Source: an uncultured beta proteobacterium
GTDB taxonomy: Bacteria > Pseudomonadota > Gammaproteobacteria > Burkholderiales > Casimicrobiaceae
Direction of reading: 5' to 3'
Length of the DNA: 64,000 bases
Assembly: GCA_963778935.1 (NCBI GenBank)
Contig: CAVZWA010000017.1
Coordinates: 261,808-325,807, forward strand
Shown: positions 46,528-54,937 of the stretch, one piece after another
Layout of the letters: the number at the start of each line of letters is the position of its first letter
Position numbering within the stretch: position 1 is the first letter of the stretch
Position numbers and translations under genes: made by a program
The notes under the pieces: model-generated
The model's input: only the letters and a program-made list of their open reading frames with translations
What the model was told of the DNA's origin: nothing
Database searches by the model: none

Positions 46528-46842
46528 ATGACTGCCGCAAAATTCGAGCGCAGCCGCGACGCGCTGGTCAAGGATTTTACTGAAGTCCTCACCGAAGCGG
46601 ATACATTGCTCAAGCAGGCCACCAAGGAATCAGGCGAGAAGGCCAGCGACCTGCGCGCGCAGGTCGAATCCAAGCTGCGGGCGGCCAAGCTCAAGTTTCA
46701 GGATATGCAGGACGACGCGCTGGATCGCGCCAAAGCGACCGCGCGCGCCACCGACGAATACGTTCACGACAATCCTTGGCAGGCGCTTGGTGTTGCGGCG
46801 GCGCTCGGTGTACTTGTCGGCCTCCTGATCGGCCGCCGCTAG
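46528..46842 (+). CDS. ElaB/YqjD/DUF883-family membrane-anchored stress protein
   Basis: 104 aa from ATG 46528 (GGAG 7 nt upstream). Helical N-terminus and the hallmark C-terminus NPWQALGVAAALGVLVGLLIGRR. Confidence 0.85.
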   Translation: MTAAKFERSRDALVKDFTEVLTEADTLLKQATKESGEKASDLRAQVESKLRAAKLKFQDMQDDALDRAKATARATDEYVHDNPWQALGVAAALGVLVGLLIGRR

Positions 46843-46848
46843 GCGTTC

Positions 46849-47244
46849 GTGGCGGACTCGGACGAATCGCCGCGCCCCGGCGGTCTCTCGGACGCGATCT
46901 TTCGTCTGGGAGGGACGGCGCTCGCGCTGCTGCGCACGCGACTCGAGCTGGCCACAGTCGAGTTCGAGGAAGAGCGCGAGCGGGCAGCCGAACTGCTGGT
47001 CCTGGCGCTCAGCGGAGTCCTGCTGGCACTGTTCTCGCTGCTGTTCGCGTCGATCTTCGTCATCGCGTATTTCTGGGAAGCCAATCGACTGTGGGCGATC
47101 GCCGGGGTCACGCTGTTCTACGTCGCACTTACGATATTGACCGTTCTGCGCATTCAACAACGGCGACGCGACAGACCCTCGCCGTTCGCCGCGACGCTGG
47201 CCGAACTCGGCCACGATGCGGCGTCATTGCGGCGCGAGCCATGA
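46849..47244 (+). CDS. YqjE-like (DUF1469, 'phage holin family') membrane protein
   Basis: 131 aa, GTG start. RTRLELATVEFEEERE followed by two TM segments, the same layout as E. coli YqjE. Confidence 0.75.
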   Translation: MADSDESPRPGGLSDAIFRLGGTALALLRTRLELATVEFEEERERAAELLVLALSGVLLALFSLLFASIFVIAYFWEANRLWAIAGVTLFYVALTILTVLRIQQRRRDRPSPFAATLAELGHDAASLRREP

Positions 47245-47337
47245 GCGCGACGGGCCGCCCCGAGCGCGAATACCGGAGCGCGCAGCGCGAAGGCGCCCCA
47301 TGAACGCGACGGGCCTTCCTGGGCGCGAAGTCACGCC
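47245..47337. repeat. REP-like element, family B (between yqjE-like and yqjK-like cistrons)
   Basis: GAGCGCGACGGGCCGCCCCGAGCGCGAATACCGGAGCGCGCAGCGCGAAGG plus a second degenerate unit. Near-identical, as reverse complement, to 52765-52845. Confidence 0.8.
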
Positions 47338-47622
47338 ATGAGCGCCAAACTCGACGAACTGGCCGCGCGCAAGGCACTCCTTCTGGCCCGCCTGCGGCTC
47401 GAGCGGCTGCAGGTTGCGCTCTACGCCGGACAGTTGCGCGATGCGGTGCGTCCCGCCAGCCTGATCGGCGGGGCGATCGCCAAACCCGCGGCTGCAGTGG
47501 CGCTGGTCGAGGCGATTGCGCCGCTGTTCGGATTGCGGCGTCTTGCCTACTGGGTACGTCTGGGGTCGATCGCGTTCGCCGTGTTCGGCATCGCGCGCAA
47601 GTGGCGCAACACCGACCACTGA
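47338..47622 (+). CDS. YqjK-like protein
   Basis: 94 aa. N-terminal coiled segment (RKALLLARLRLERLQ) followed by hydrophobic helices. Position after the yqjD/E homologues. Confidence 0.65.
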   Translation: MSAKLDELAARKALLLARLRLERLQVALYAGQLRDAVRPASLIGGAIAKPAAAVALVEAIAPLFGLRRLAYWVRLGSIAFAVFGIARKWRNTDH

Positions 47623-47642
47623 GGTCAGGCGAGCCCGGGTCC

Positions 47643-49130
47643 CTATAGACCGAGTTCCTTCCACAGCGCGTCGACGCGACGCGAGACTTTCTCGTCCATA
47701 GCGATCGGGCGACCCCATGCCCGTGCGGTCTCGCCCGGCCACTTGTTGGTCGCATCGATGCCCATTTTCGCGCCCAGCCCGGCGACCGGCGACGCGAAAT
47801 CGAGGTAGTCGATCGGCGTGTTCTCCACGATCAGCGTGTCGCGCGCCGGATCGACGCGCGTCGTCAGCGCCCAGATCACTTCCTTCCAGTCGCGGATGTC
47901 GACATCGGCGTCGGTGACGATGATCATTTTCGTGTACATGAACTGGCGCAGAAAACTCCAGATGCCGAACATCACCCGCTTGGCATGTCCGGCGTACTGC
48001 TTGTGCATGCTGACCACGGCGAGGCGATACGAACAGCCCTCCGGAGGCAGATAGAAATCGGCAATCTCCGGGAACTGCTTTTGCAGGAGCGGCACGAAGA
48101 CTTCGTTGAGCGCCATGCCGAGCACCGCCGGTTCGTCGGGAGGCTTGCCGGTGTAGGTCGAGTGATAGATCGGGTCGCGGCGCATGGTGATGCGCGCAAT
48201 GGTGAACACCGGAAAGCGCTCGACCTCGTTGTAGTACCCGGTATGGTCGCCGAAGGGCCCTTCCAGCGCGGTCTCGTAGCCGCTGGGGTCGGCAACGTCC
48301 GGTTGAATGTGGCCCTCCAGCACGATTTCGGCCGACGCGGGCACCGAGAGGTCGTGCGTGATGCATTTCACGATTTCGGTGCGCGCACCGCGCAGCAGCC
48401 CCGCGAACTGATACTCGGACAACGAGTCGGGCACCGGCGTCACCGCGCCCAGAATCGTCGCGGGGTCCGCTCCCAGTGCGACCGCAATCGGGAACGGCGT
48501 GCCCGGATGCGCGAGCGCGTGGTCGCGGAAATCGAGCGCGCCGCCACGATGCGCCAGCCAGCGCATGATCACCTTGTTGCGGCCGATGACCTGCTGCCGG
48601 TAGATACCGAGATTCTGGCGCGCCTTGTTGGGGCCGCGCGTCACGGTCAGGCCCCAGGTGATCAGCGGTGCAATGTCATCAGGCCAGCACGTCTGTATCG
48701 GCAATCGGCCCAGGTCGACGTCAGTGCCTTCCCAGACGATCTCCTGGCAGGGGGCGGACGATCGCTCCTTGGGCGCCATGTTCATCACCTGCATGAACAC
48801 CGGCCGCGTGTTCTGCCACGCATCCTTCAAGCCTTTGGGGGGCTCCGGTTCCTTGAGAAACGCGAGCAGCTTGCCGACTTCGCGCAGCGCTTCGACCGAG
48901 TCTTCGCCCATGCCCAGCGCGACCCGCTGCTGCGTGCCGAACAAATTGCCGAGTACGGGAATCGAGTGCCCCTTGGGCTTCTCGAACAGCAGCGCCGGTC
49001 CGTCCGCCCTGAGCACCCGGTCGCATATTTCGGTCATTTCAAAACGCGGATCGACTTCGACGCCAATGCGCTTCAATTGACCTCGCATTTCGAGCTGGGC
49101 CAGGAAATCGCGTAGGTCGGCGTATTTCAT
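47643..49130 (-). CDS. ubiD: 4-hydroxy-3-polyprenylbenzoate decarboxylase
   Basis: 495 aa, full-length similarity to UbiD ([14 protein letters not shown]..., [10 protein letters not shown]). Confidence 0.95.
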   Translation of the reverse strand: MKYADLRDFLAQLEMRGQLKRIGVEVDPRFEMTEICDRVLRADGPALLFEKPKGHSIPVLGNLFGTQQRVALGMGEDSVEALREVGKLLAFLKEPEPPKGLKDAWQNTRPVFMQVMNMAPKERSSAPCQEIVWEGTDVDLGRLPIQTCWPDDIAPLITWGLTVTRGPNKARQNLGIYRQQVIGRNKVIMRWLAHRGGALDFRDHALAHPGTPFPIAVALGADPATILGAVTPVPDSLSEYQFAGLLRGARTEIVKCITHDLSVPASAEIVLEGHIQPDVADPSGYETALEGPFGDHTGYYNEVERFPVFTIARITMRRDPIYHSTYTGKPPDEPAVLGMALNEVFVPLLQKQFPEIADFYLPPEGCSYRLAVVSMHKQYAGHAKRVMFGIWSFLRQFMYTKMIIVTDADVDIRDWKEVIWALTTRVDPARDTLIVENTPIDYLDFASPVAGLGAKMGIDATNKWPGETARAWGRPIAMDEKVSRRVDALWKELGL

Positions 49131-49329
49131 CGTAACGGGAGGTGGGCGGCGGGTAACTGCAGAGGGACGGTACTCATCTTAACAAACCGGAATATCTGTC
49201 CCGTCGACAGAACGCGATGCATATCGATTTTTGTCGGATCCGGCGAACGATTTGGGACAATTGCCGGTCTCACGGTGACGGTTGAATAAGGGCCTGTTCA
49301 CGACTCCAAACCCCCCTTTTCAGGGTGAA

Positions 49330-49463
49330 CTGTCGGGGCAAAGCGACAGTAGGCGTGGCATTGGCGCCACAACGCCGTATAAAGCCGCCTTTGCGCCGGG
49401 GTCCGCTAGACCCCGGGCCGCGCAAACCGCTATCCTGATTTCAACGGGCCTCTGTGGAGGCCC
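49330..49463 (+). promoter_or_regulatory. hairpin-rich leader upstream of the IPTL-CTERM gene
   Basis: Four hairpins: CTGTCG/CGACAG (49330-49349); GGCGTGGC/GCCAC..CGCC (49352-49376); CCGGGGTC/GACCCCGG (49396-49416); and GGGCCTC-TGTG-GAGGCCC (49446-49463). The last one sequesters the GGAGG Shine-Dalgarno. Confidence 0.45.
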
Positions 49464-49466
49464 TCG

Positions 49467-50108
49467 TTGCCTGGAGATTCCTGCTTGAGCATTGCCGTCG
49501 TTGCGTCACGATTACTCCTCGGACCGCTGACCCTGCTTTGGGCGGTGGCCGCGTGGGCGGATGCCGGCGGAACGGTAGGCAACCCGTTGCCGGCCGCGGG
49601 TTCCGCACCGAAGTCAGCGACCATGCCGTCGATCGAGATCCTGGCCAGCCAGACCAATCTGGCAGGAACGTGCGGCGGTGCGGCATTCAACATCAACACG
49701 TACATCAATGTCGACACGCAGGCGTCGGCCGAAGTGCGCCTGTCCGCGCCGGGATTCCCGCTGCTCGAGCAGTTTACCGACGAGACCGGCAGCAACGTCG
49801 GCCCGTTTTCCGGCCCGTACCCGACGTTCACCATTCAGGCGTTCGGTGGCGGTTTGGCGCCGAACACTCCGATTCGCATCACGATCAACACGTACTCGGG
49901 ACGCGCCCTTGCCGGCAGCCTGACGTATACGAGTTCGATGCAGTACAACTGCACCACCGGCACCATCCTGGACCTGGTTGCAAAAGACTCCGGCGACGCG
50001 CCGACCATTCCGACGCTGAGCGATCTCGCGCTTGCCGCGACAGCGCTGTTGCTTGCTCTGACGGGATGGGTGACGTTGCGCAAGCGCGGCAAACATCGGT
50101 CTAGATAA
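49467..50108 (+). CDS. small secreted protein with IPTL-CTERM sorting signal
   Basis: 213 aa. The start is TTG 49467 or the in-frame TTG 49485. Signal peptide ...LWAVAAWA/DAGG. The C-terminus is IPTLSDLALAATALLLALTGWVTLRKRGKHRSR: an IPTL motif, a TM helix and a basic tail. Confidence 0.75.
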   Translation: MPGDSCLSIAVVASRLLLGPLTLLWAVAAWADAGGTVGNPLPAAGSAPKSATMPSIEILASQTNLAGTCGGAAFNINTYINVDTQASAEVRLSAPGFPLLEQFTDETGSNVGPFSGPYPTFTIQAFGGGLAPNTPIRITINTYSGRALAGSLTYTSSMQYNCTTGTILDLVAKDSGDAPTIPTLSDLALAATALLLALTGWVTLRKRGKHRSR

Positions 50109-50886
50109 CCGCGCTCGCACCACCGTCCATCGACACGATCGCACCGGTGATGTAGCTCGCCTGATCCGAGGCGAGGAACACCGCGACATTCGCAATCTCT
50201 TCCGGCCTGGCAAAGCGCCCCAACGGAATGCGCGCCTGATTGCGGGCAAGCAACGCTTCCTCGGTCAGGCCGGTCAACTTGGCTTCCGCCTTGAGCCCTT
50301 CCTGCACGCGCCCGGTCAGCGTTCCGCCAGGGTTGATGCCGTTGACCCGGATGCCACTGGCGGCGTAAGCAGCCGCCAGTCCGGTGGTCGCGAGCATCAA
50401 CGCCGCGTTCGCCGCACCACCCGGAAGATGAACCGGACTGGCCACCTTGCCGCCCATGCCGATGATATTCACGATGACGCCGCGCTTGCGCACGAGCATG
50501 CGCTTGAGCGCCGCGTCCGTCGGATGGATCGTGCTGAAGAATTTGGCGTCCATCGCATCGTGCCATGCCTGGGCGTTGAGATCCGCGGGAGCGTAGCGGC
50601 GTGCGGCGCCCGCTGAATTGACGAGAACGTCGATCCCGCCGAATTGCTTTTCGACAGCAGCGACCATTCGCTCGGCGTCGTCAGCGCGCGTCATGTCGGC
50701 CGCGATCGGCGTCGGTGCGTACATCGACTTGGGGAAACGCGTCACCGCCGCGTCGAGGTTTGCCTGGCTGCGAGACACCACGACGACGCGCGCTCCCTCC
50801 GCGGCGAAGGCTTCGGCACACGCATAGCCGATACCCTTGCTGGCACCACTTACCACCACAATTTTTCCCTGCAGCTGCAAGTCCAA
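50101..50886 (-). CDS. SDR-family oxidoreductase
   Basis: 261 aa. SGASKGIGYA and NSAG motifs, C-terminal GAIVSMDGG. Its 3-prime end overlaps the convergent IPTL gene by 8 nt. Confidence 0.9.
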   Translation of the reverse strand: MDLQLQGKIVVVSGASKGIGYACAEAFAAEGARVVVVSRSQANLDAAVTRFPKSMYAPTPIAADMTRADDAERMVAAVEKQFGGIDVLVNSAGAARRYAPADLNAQAWHDAMDAKFFSTIHPTDAALKRMLVRKRGVIVNIIGMGGKVASPVHLPGGAANAALMLATTGLAAAYAASGIRVNGINPGGTLTGRVQEGLKAEAKLTGLTEEALLARNQARIPLGRFARPEEIANVAVFLASDQASYITGAIVSMDGGASAVI

Positions 50887-50911
50887 AGTCAGTCCTCCGG
50901 GTTTGAATAGG

Positions 50912-51838
50912 TCATGGCATCAGCGCCGCGCGCAACTGCGCCTTCATTCGCGCATAGGCGTCTGCGCGCGCGGCAGCATTGGGTGCGACGGTAACACCCT
51001 GACCCGGGCGCACACCGTTGGGAACGTCGAGGTGTCGAGGTCGGGCAAGATTTGGCGTATCAAACCCGTGAAACGTGTCGGGATAGGTGCGCACCTGCAG
51101 CGGCAACCCCTTTGCTTCCATCACCTTGCCCAACGCGACGCACGGCCTGGGTGACGTCCAGTCGTCGGATTCACCGATGAACACGCTCACCGGCGCGGCA
51201 GGCGAATAGCCATCCTTGCTTTGCAACGATGCATTGCATCCGGGGTAGAACGCGATCGCCGTCACGAAAAACGCGGCCGGATCGCCGAGCCCCGCGAGGT
51301 AAGCTGCGACGTTGGGTTGGCGGGCGTTCATCGCCGCGAGCGTCGCGCTGCCGCCATGCGACCAGCCGAGCAGCGCAACGCGCTTGGTTGCGATGTCGGG
51401 CCGCGACCGCAAATATTCCAATGCGCCAAACACATCGAGGCGTCGATTGGCCTGCGTGATGGTTTGTTCACGGACAGGTTGCGTGCACAATTCGCGTCGG
51501 CCGCGTGGATTGAAACTGTCCGGAAAAAGCACCGCGTAACCTTCGGCCACGAGCAGATCGGCCATGGCCTGGTGGCGGCCACTCAGCACGCCGCGCCGGT
51601 TCGCGAGCGCGCTGTACATGCCGTCGCAGCCATGCAACGCGACGACAGCCGGAAAGCCCCCTGCGGCAGGATCCGGGGTAAAGAAGAGCCCGGTCAATTC
51701 GATGGGAACTCCGGTTTGCGGATCGATGTCGAGACTGGGGAAACTGACGCGCACGCCGGTCGTGGCGGATGCCAGCGGCATCGCGATGATTGCAGCGCAG
51801 AGTGCGCCGATCGCCGCGTGCATGACGCGGATGGTCAT
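50912..51838 (-). CDS. dienelactone hydrolase-family protein (secreted)
   Basis: 308 aa from ATG 51838, signal peptide ...MPLASA. HGCDG and GWSHGG nucleophile motifs. ATGA overlap with the ubiA stop. Confidence 0.85.
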   Translation of the reverse strand: MTIRVMHAAIGALCAAIIAMPLASATTGVRVSFPSLDIDPQTGVPIELTGLFFTPDPAAGGFPAVVALHGCDGMYSALANRRGVLSGRHQAMADLLVAEGYAVLFPDSFNPRGRRELCTQPVREQTITQANRRLDVFGALEYLRSRPDIATKRVALLGWSHGGSATLAAMNARQPNVAAYLAGLGDPAAFFVTAIAFYPGCNASLQSKDGYSPAAPVSVFIGESDDWTSPRPCVALGKVMEAKGLPLQVRTYPDTFHGFDTPNLARPRHLDVPNGVRPGQGVTVAPNAAARADAYARMKAQLRAALMP

Positions 51839-52764
51839 TGTGGCCAGAACGGCCAGCGCTCGAAGCGCGTGCCGTAATCCATGACCACACCGGCAAAGAT
51901 GGCGAGCCCATACCAATGATTGCCGCGAAACGCGCGGAAGCAGCGCGCGCGATCGCGCCCGCGGATCAGCCAGTACTGCCAAAGCGCCAGCAACGAGGCT
52001 ACGAGCACACCGGCGTAATACCACGGCCCGAGGAATTTCGCCTGCCCGATGTACGTCAGCGCGCCGAGATGGATCGCGTAGCAGAGCATGACGATCAGCA
52101 CATCGTACCTGCCGAAGAATATCGCCGAAGTCTTCATCCCGAGCTTGACGTCATCGTCGCGATCGACCATCGCGTATTCGGTGTCGTAGGCCATCACCCA
52201 GAACAGGTTCGCGGCAAAGAGTCCCCAGCCGATCGGCGGGACCGTCTCGTTGACGGCGGCGAAAGCCATCGGAATGCCGAATGAGAACGCGATGCCCAGG
52301 AACGCCTGCGGTAGAAAGAAAAATCGCTTGAAAAACGGATAGGCGATGGTGATCGCCAGCGCCGGAAGCGAGAGCAGCATCAACGTATGGTTGAGCCGCA
52401 GGATCAGCAGGAAGGCGCATAGCGCCAGCACCGCGGCGACGACGAGCGCCTCCCACGGTGCGATCTCGCGCCTCGCCAGTGGTCGACCCGCCGTGCGCTC
52501 CACGTGCGGATCGAAGTCGCGATCGGCGTAGTCGTTGAGCGCGCAGCCCGCCGACCGCATCAGCAACGTCCCCAGCACGAAAATGCCGACGACGATCCAC
52601 GATGGCGCACCTGACGACGCCAACCAAAGCGCCATCAATGTGGGCCATAGCAGCAACAAAGTGCCGATCGGCTTGTCGAGACGGATCAGGCGTTCGTAGG
52701 CATCGAGTCGCGCAGCGATCCGTTGCACGAGCGATGGCGCCGGGCTCACGGCGGGTTCGGTCAT
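51835..52764 (-). CDS. ubiA: 4-hydroxybenzoate polyprenyltransferase
   Basis: 309 aa. NDYADRDFD (NDxxDxxxD) and a second Asp-rich motif, [13 protein letters not shown]. Confidence 0.93.
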   Translation of the reverse strand: MTEPAVSPAPSLVQRIAARLDAYERLIRLDKPIGTLLLLWPTLMALWLASSGAPSWIVVGIFVLGTLLMRSAGCALNDYADRDFDPHVERTAGRPLARREIAPWEALVVAAVLALCAFLLILRLNHTLMLLSLPALAITIAYPFFKRFFFLPQAFLGIAFSFGIPMAFAAVNETVPPIGWGLFAANLFWVMAYDTEYAMVDRDDDVKLGMKTSAIFFGRYDVLIVMLCYAIHLGALTYIGQAKFLGPWYYAGVLVASLLALWQYWLIRGRDRARCFRAFRGNHWYGLAIFAGVVMDYGTRFERWPFWPQ

Positions 52765-52845
52765 AGGGGGCGGCCCGTCGCGCTCACAGGAAACCTTCGC
52801 GCTCCGCGCTACGGTGTTCGCGCTCGGGGCGGCCCGTCGCGCTCA
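52765..52845. repeat. REP-like element, family B
   Basis: CGGCCCGTCGCGCTCAC occurs twice (52770-52786 and 52829-52845), flanking TTCGCGCTC units. It is the reverse complement of the 47245-47337 element. The last copy overlaps the stop codon of the next gene. Confidence 0.8.
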
Positions 52846-53745
52846 CAGCGGCAGCGCCAATTGCTTCTTGAGCGCCCGCGGCGCAACTGCCGCAAGCAAC
52901 GTTTGCGGCGTTGGATATTTCAATCGCAGACGCAACTCGCGCTTCATGCGCGTGTTGGTCAACCTGCGGGACTCGCCCATGAACGACAGCATCATCGGCG
53001 CGATGCGCGCCTCCGCCTCGTCCCACGATACCCGCGGCGGCCGAGGCAGGTGGAATGCGTCGGCAACCGTGTCGAACCAGCCGCCCATTTTGAGCTCGGC
53101 GTCGTCGGTGATGTTGTACGCACGGTTTGGCTTGCCCCGGAAGGCCGCGGCAACGGCCGCTCGCGCAAGATCGTCGGCGTGAATATGGTTGGTGAACACA
53201 TCGTCCTCGGCGCGCAGCACCGGCGTGCCCTGCTTCAGCCGATCGAGAGGGAGGCGAGTTTCCGCGTAAATGCCGGGCGCACGCAGGATCGACAGCCTCA
53301 CGCCGTAGCGTGTGGCCCAGCGCCGGAGTCGGTCCTCGGCGGCGATGCGACGACGCGCACGCGGTGTTTGCGCCTTGCGCGGCCGCGCTTCGGTCACCCG
53401 CGCACCGGCGCAATCACCGTAGACACCGCTGGTGCTAATGTAGACGAAGCGCTGCGGTATAATCCGCGCCTTCGTCAGCGCGGCGATCAGGCGCATGGTT
53501 CGTGGGTCGTCGCGTCCGGCCGCTGGCGGCGGTGCGAAATGCAGGACCGCGAACGGCGCTGCCCGCAACCGTTCCAGACTGCGCAAGGAATCGAGGTCAC
53601 CGACGATCGGAATGACGCCGTGGGTGCGCAGTTTGGGAATGTCCTCCGCGCGACGAGTGAGGCCGTAGAGGCGCACCCTGCCACGCAGGAGATCGGCGGT
53701 ACGCAGTGCAACGTCTCCGCACCCGATCAAAAGTACCCTGATCAC
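52843..53745 (-). CDS. NAD(P)-dependent epimerase/dehydratase-family (extended SDR-like) protein
   Basis: About 300 aa from a probable GTG at 53745 (VIRVLLIGCGDVA...). The upstream part of ORF 52843..53829 is translated repeat D. Confidence 0.78.
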   Translation of the reverse strand: MIRVLLIGCGDVALRTADLLRGRVRLYGLTRRAEDIPKLRTHGVIPIVGDLDSLRSLERLRAAPFAVLHFAPPPAAGRDDPRTMRLIAALTKARIIPQRFVYISTSGVYGDCAGARVTEARPRKAQTPRARRRIAAEDRLRRWATRYGVRLSILRAPGIYAETRLPLDRLKQGTPVLRAEDDVFTNHIHADDLARAAVAAAFRGKPNRAYNITDDAELKMGGWFDTVADAFHLPRPPRVSWDEAEARIAPMMLSFMGESRRLTNTRMKRELRLRLKYPTPQTLLAAVAPRALKKQLALPL

Positions 53746-53764
53746 AATCGTTGAAATTGCACAG

Positions 53765-53877
53765 CAATCACGAACTTTCCCCTCGCCCTCGGGGAGAGGG
53801 GGAAGGGGTGAGGGAAATTTGCGCGGCAATCACGATCTTTCCCATCGCCCTCGGGGAGAGGGGGAAGGGGTGAGGGA
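53765..53877. repeat. two tandem 62-bp repeat units, family D
   Basis: CAATCACGAaCTTTCCCcTCGCCCTCGGGGAGAGGGGGAAGGGGTGAGGGA (53765-53815) is repeated at 53827-53877 with two mismatches. Each unit carries a CCCTC...GAGGG-type dyad. Confidence 0.85.
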
Positions 53878-53897
53878 CAACTCTTATACTCGCACCG

Positions 53898-54929
53898 ATG
53901 CCAGTCCAGATTACCATAAAACCCAGCGATCACTCGTTCGCCTGCGACGACGGCGAGACGGTGCTCGCCGCCGCGATGCGCGCCGATCTCATGATCCCCT
54001 ACGGCTGCCGCAACGGGGCCTGCGGCACGTGCAAGAGCCGCATCGTCGCCGGCGAGGTTGATTACGGCGCGCATCAACCGGGAACGTTGACCGACCTCGA
54101 GAAGAAACAGGGAATGGTATTGCTGTGCGTCGCCAAACCAAAAACGGCTTTGACGGTGGAAGTGCGTGAGGTCCGCCGCGCAGGCGATATTCAGATCCGC
54201 AAGCTGCCCTGCAGAATCGAAACGATCGTCAAGGTGGCCAAGGATGTCGCGGTCGTGTCGCTCAAGCTCCCCGCCAACGAGCGCCTGCAATATCTCGCCG
54301 GGCAATATGTCGATTTTCTGCTCAAGGACGGACGCCGCCGCAGCTTCTCCATCGCCACCGCGCCGGAAGATGATTCGCTGCTGGACCTGCACGTCCGCCA
54401 CGTGCCAGGTGGTTTCTTCTCCGATCAGTTGTTCACGCAATTCAAGGGCCGTGAAATCCTGCGCTTCGAAGGTCCGCTCGGCACGTTTTTCCTGCGCGAG
54501 GATTCCGACAAGCCAATCATATTCGTCGCGGGCGGCACGGGCTTCGCGCCGATCAAGGCCGTGATCGAACACGCGCTGCACCATCAGGTCACCCGCCCGA
54601 TGGTGTTGTACTGGGGCGTGCGCTCCCTCGCGGATCTGTACCTTCCGGATTTGCCGGGCGAATGGCAAAAGAAGCACCGCGATTTCACGTTCATTCCCGT
54701 GCTGTCCGATCCTCTGCCGGAAGACCATTGGCCGGGGCGCACGGGCTTCGTGCACAAGGCAGTGATGACAGATTTTTCCGATCTCTCCGGCTATCAGGTG
54801 TACGCCTGTGGCGGTCCGGCGATGATCGACGCCGCACGCAGCGAATTCACACAGCTGCGCAAGCTGCCGACGGACGAGTTTTTCGCGGATTCGTTTACCT
54901 ACGCGGCCCAGACCGAGCCACCTGCCTAG
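53898..54929 (+). CDS. [2Fe-2S] ferredoxin - FAD/NAD(P)H oxidoreductase (CDP-6-deoxy-delta-3,4-glucoseen reductase-like)
   Basis: 343 aa. CRNGACGTCKSR...LLC plant-type cluster, RRSFSIA flavin motif, GGTGFAP NAD motif. Confidence 0.88.
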   Translation: MPVQITIKPSDHSFACDDGETVLAAAMRADLMIPYGCRNGACGTCKSRIVAGEVDYGAHQPGTLTDLEKKQGMVLLCVAKPKTALTVEVREVRRAGDIQIRKLPCRIETIVKVAKDVAVVSLKLPANERLQYLAGQYVDFLLKDGRRRSFSIATAPEDDSLLDLHVRHVPGGFFSDQLFTQFKGREILRFEGPLGTFFLREDSDKPIIFVAGGTGFAPIKAVIEHALHHQVTRPMVLYWGVRSLADLYLPDLPGEWQKKHRDFTFIPVLSDPLPEDHWPGRTGFVHKAVMTDFSDLSGYQVYACGGPAMIDAARSEFTQLRKLPTDEFFADSFTYAAQTEPPA

Positions 54930-54937
54930 GGCGCTGC

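Noticed and set aside
46849-47244. 'Phage holin family' protein as evidence of a prophage
   Set aside because: It is the YqjE homologue of the conserved yqjD-yqjE-yqjK stress module. No capsid, tail, integrase or lysis genes are nearby.
53765-53877. Possible CRISPR array
   Set aside because: There are only two repeat units and a single 11-nt gap between the cores. There are no cas genes, and the unit is itself a long dyad typical of REP/BIME elements.
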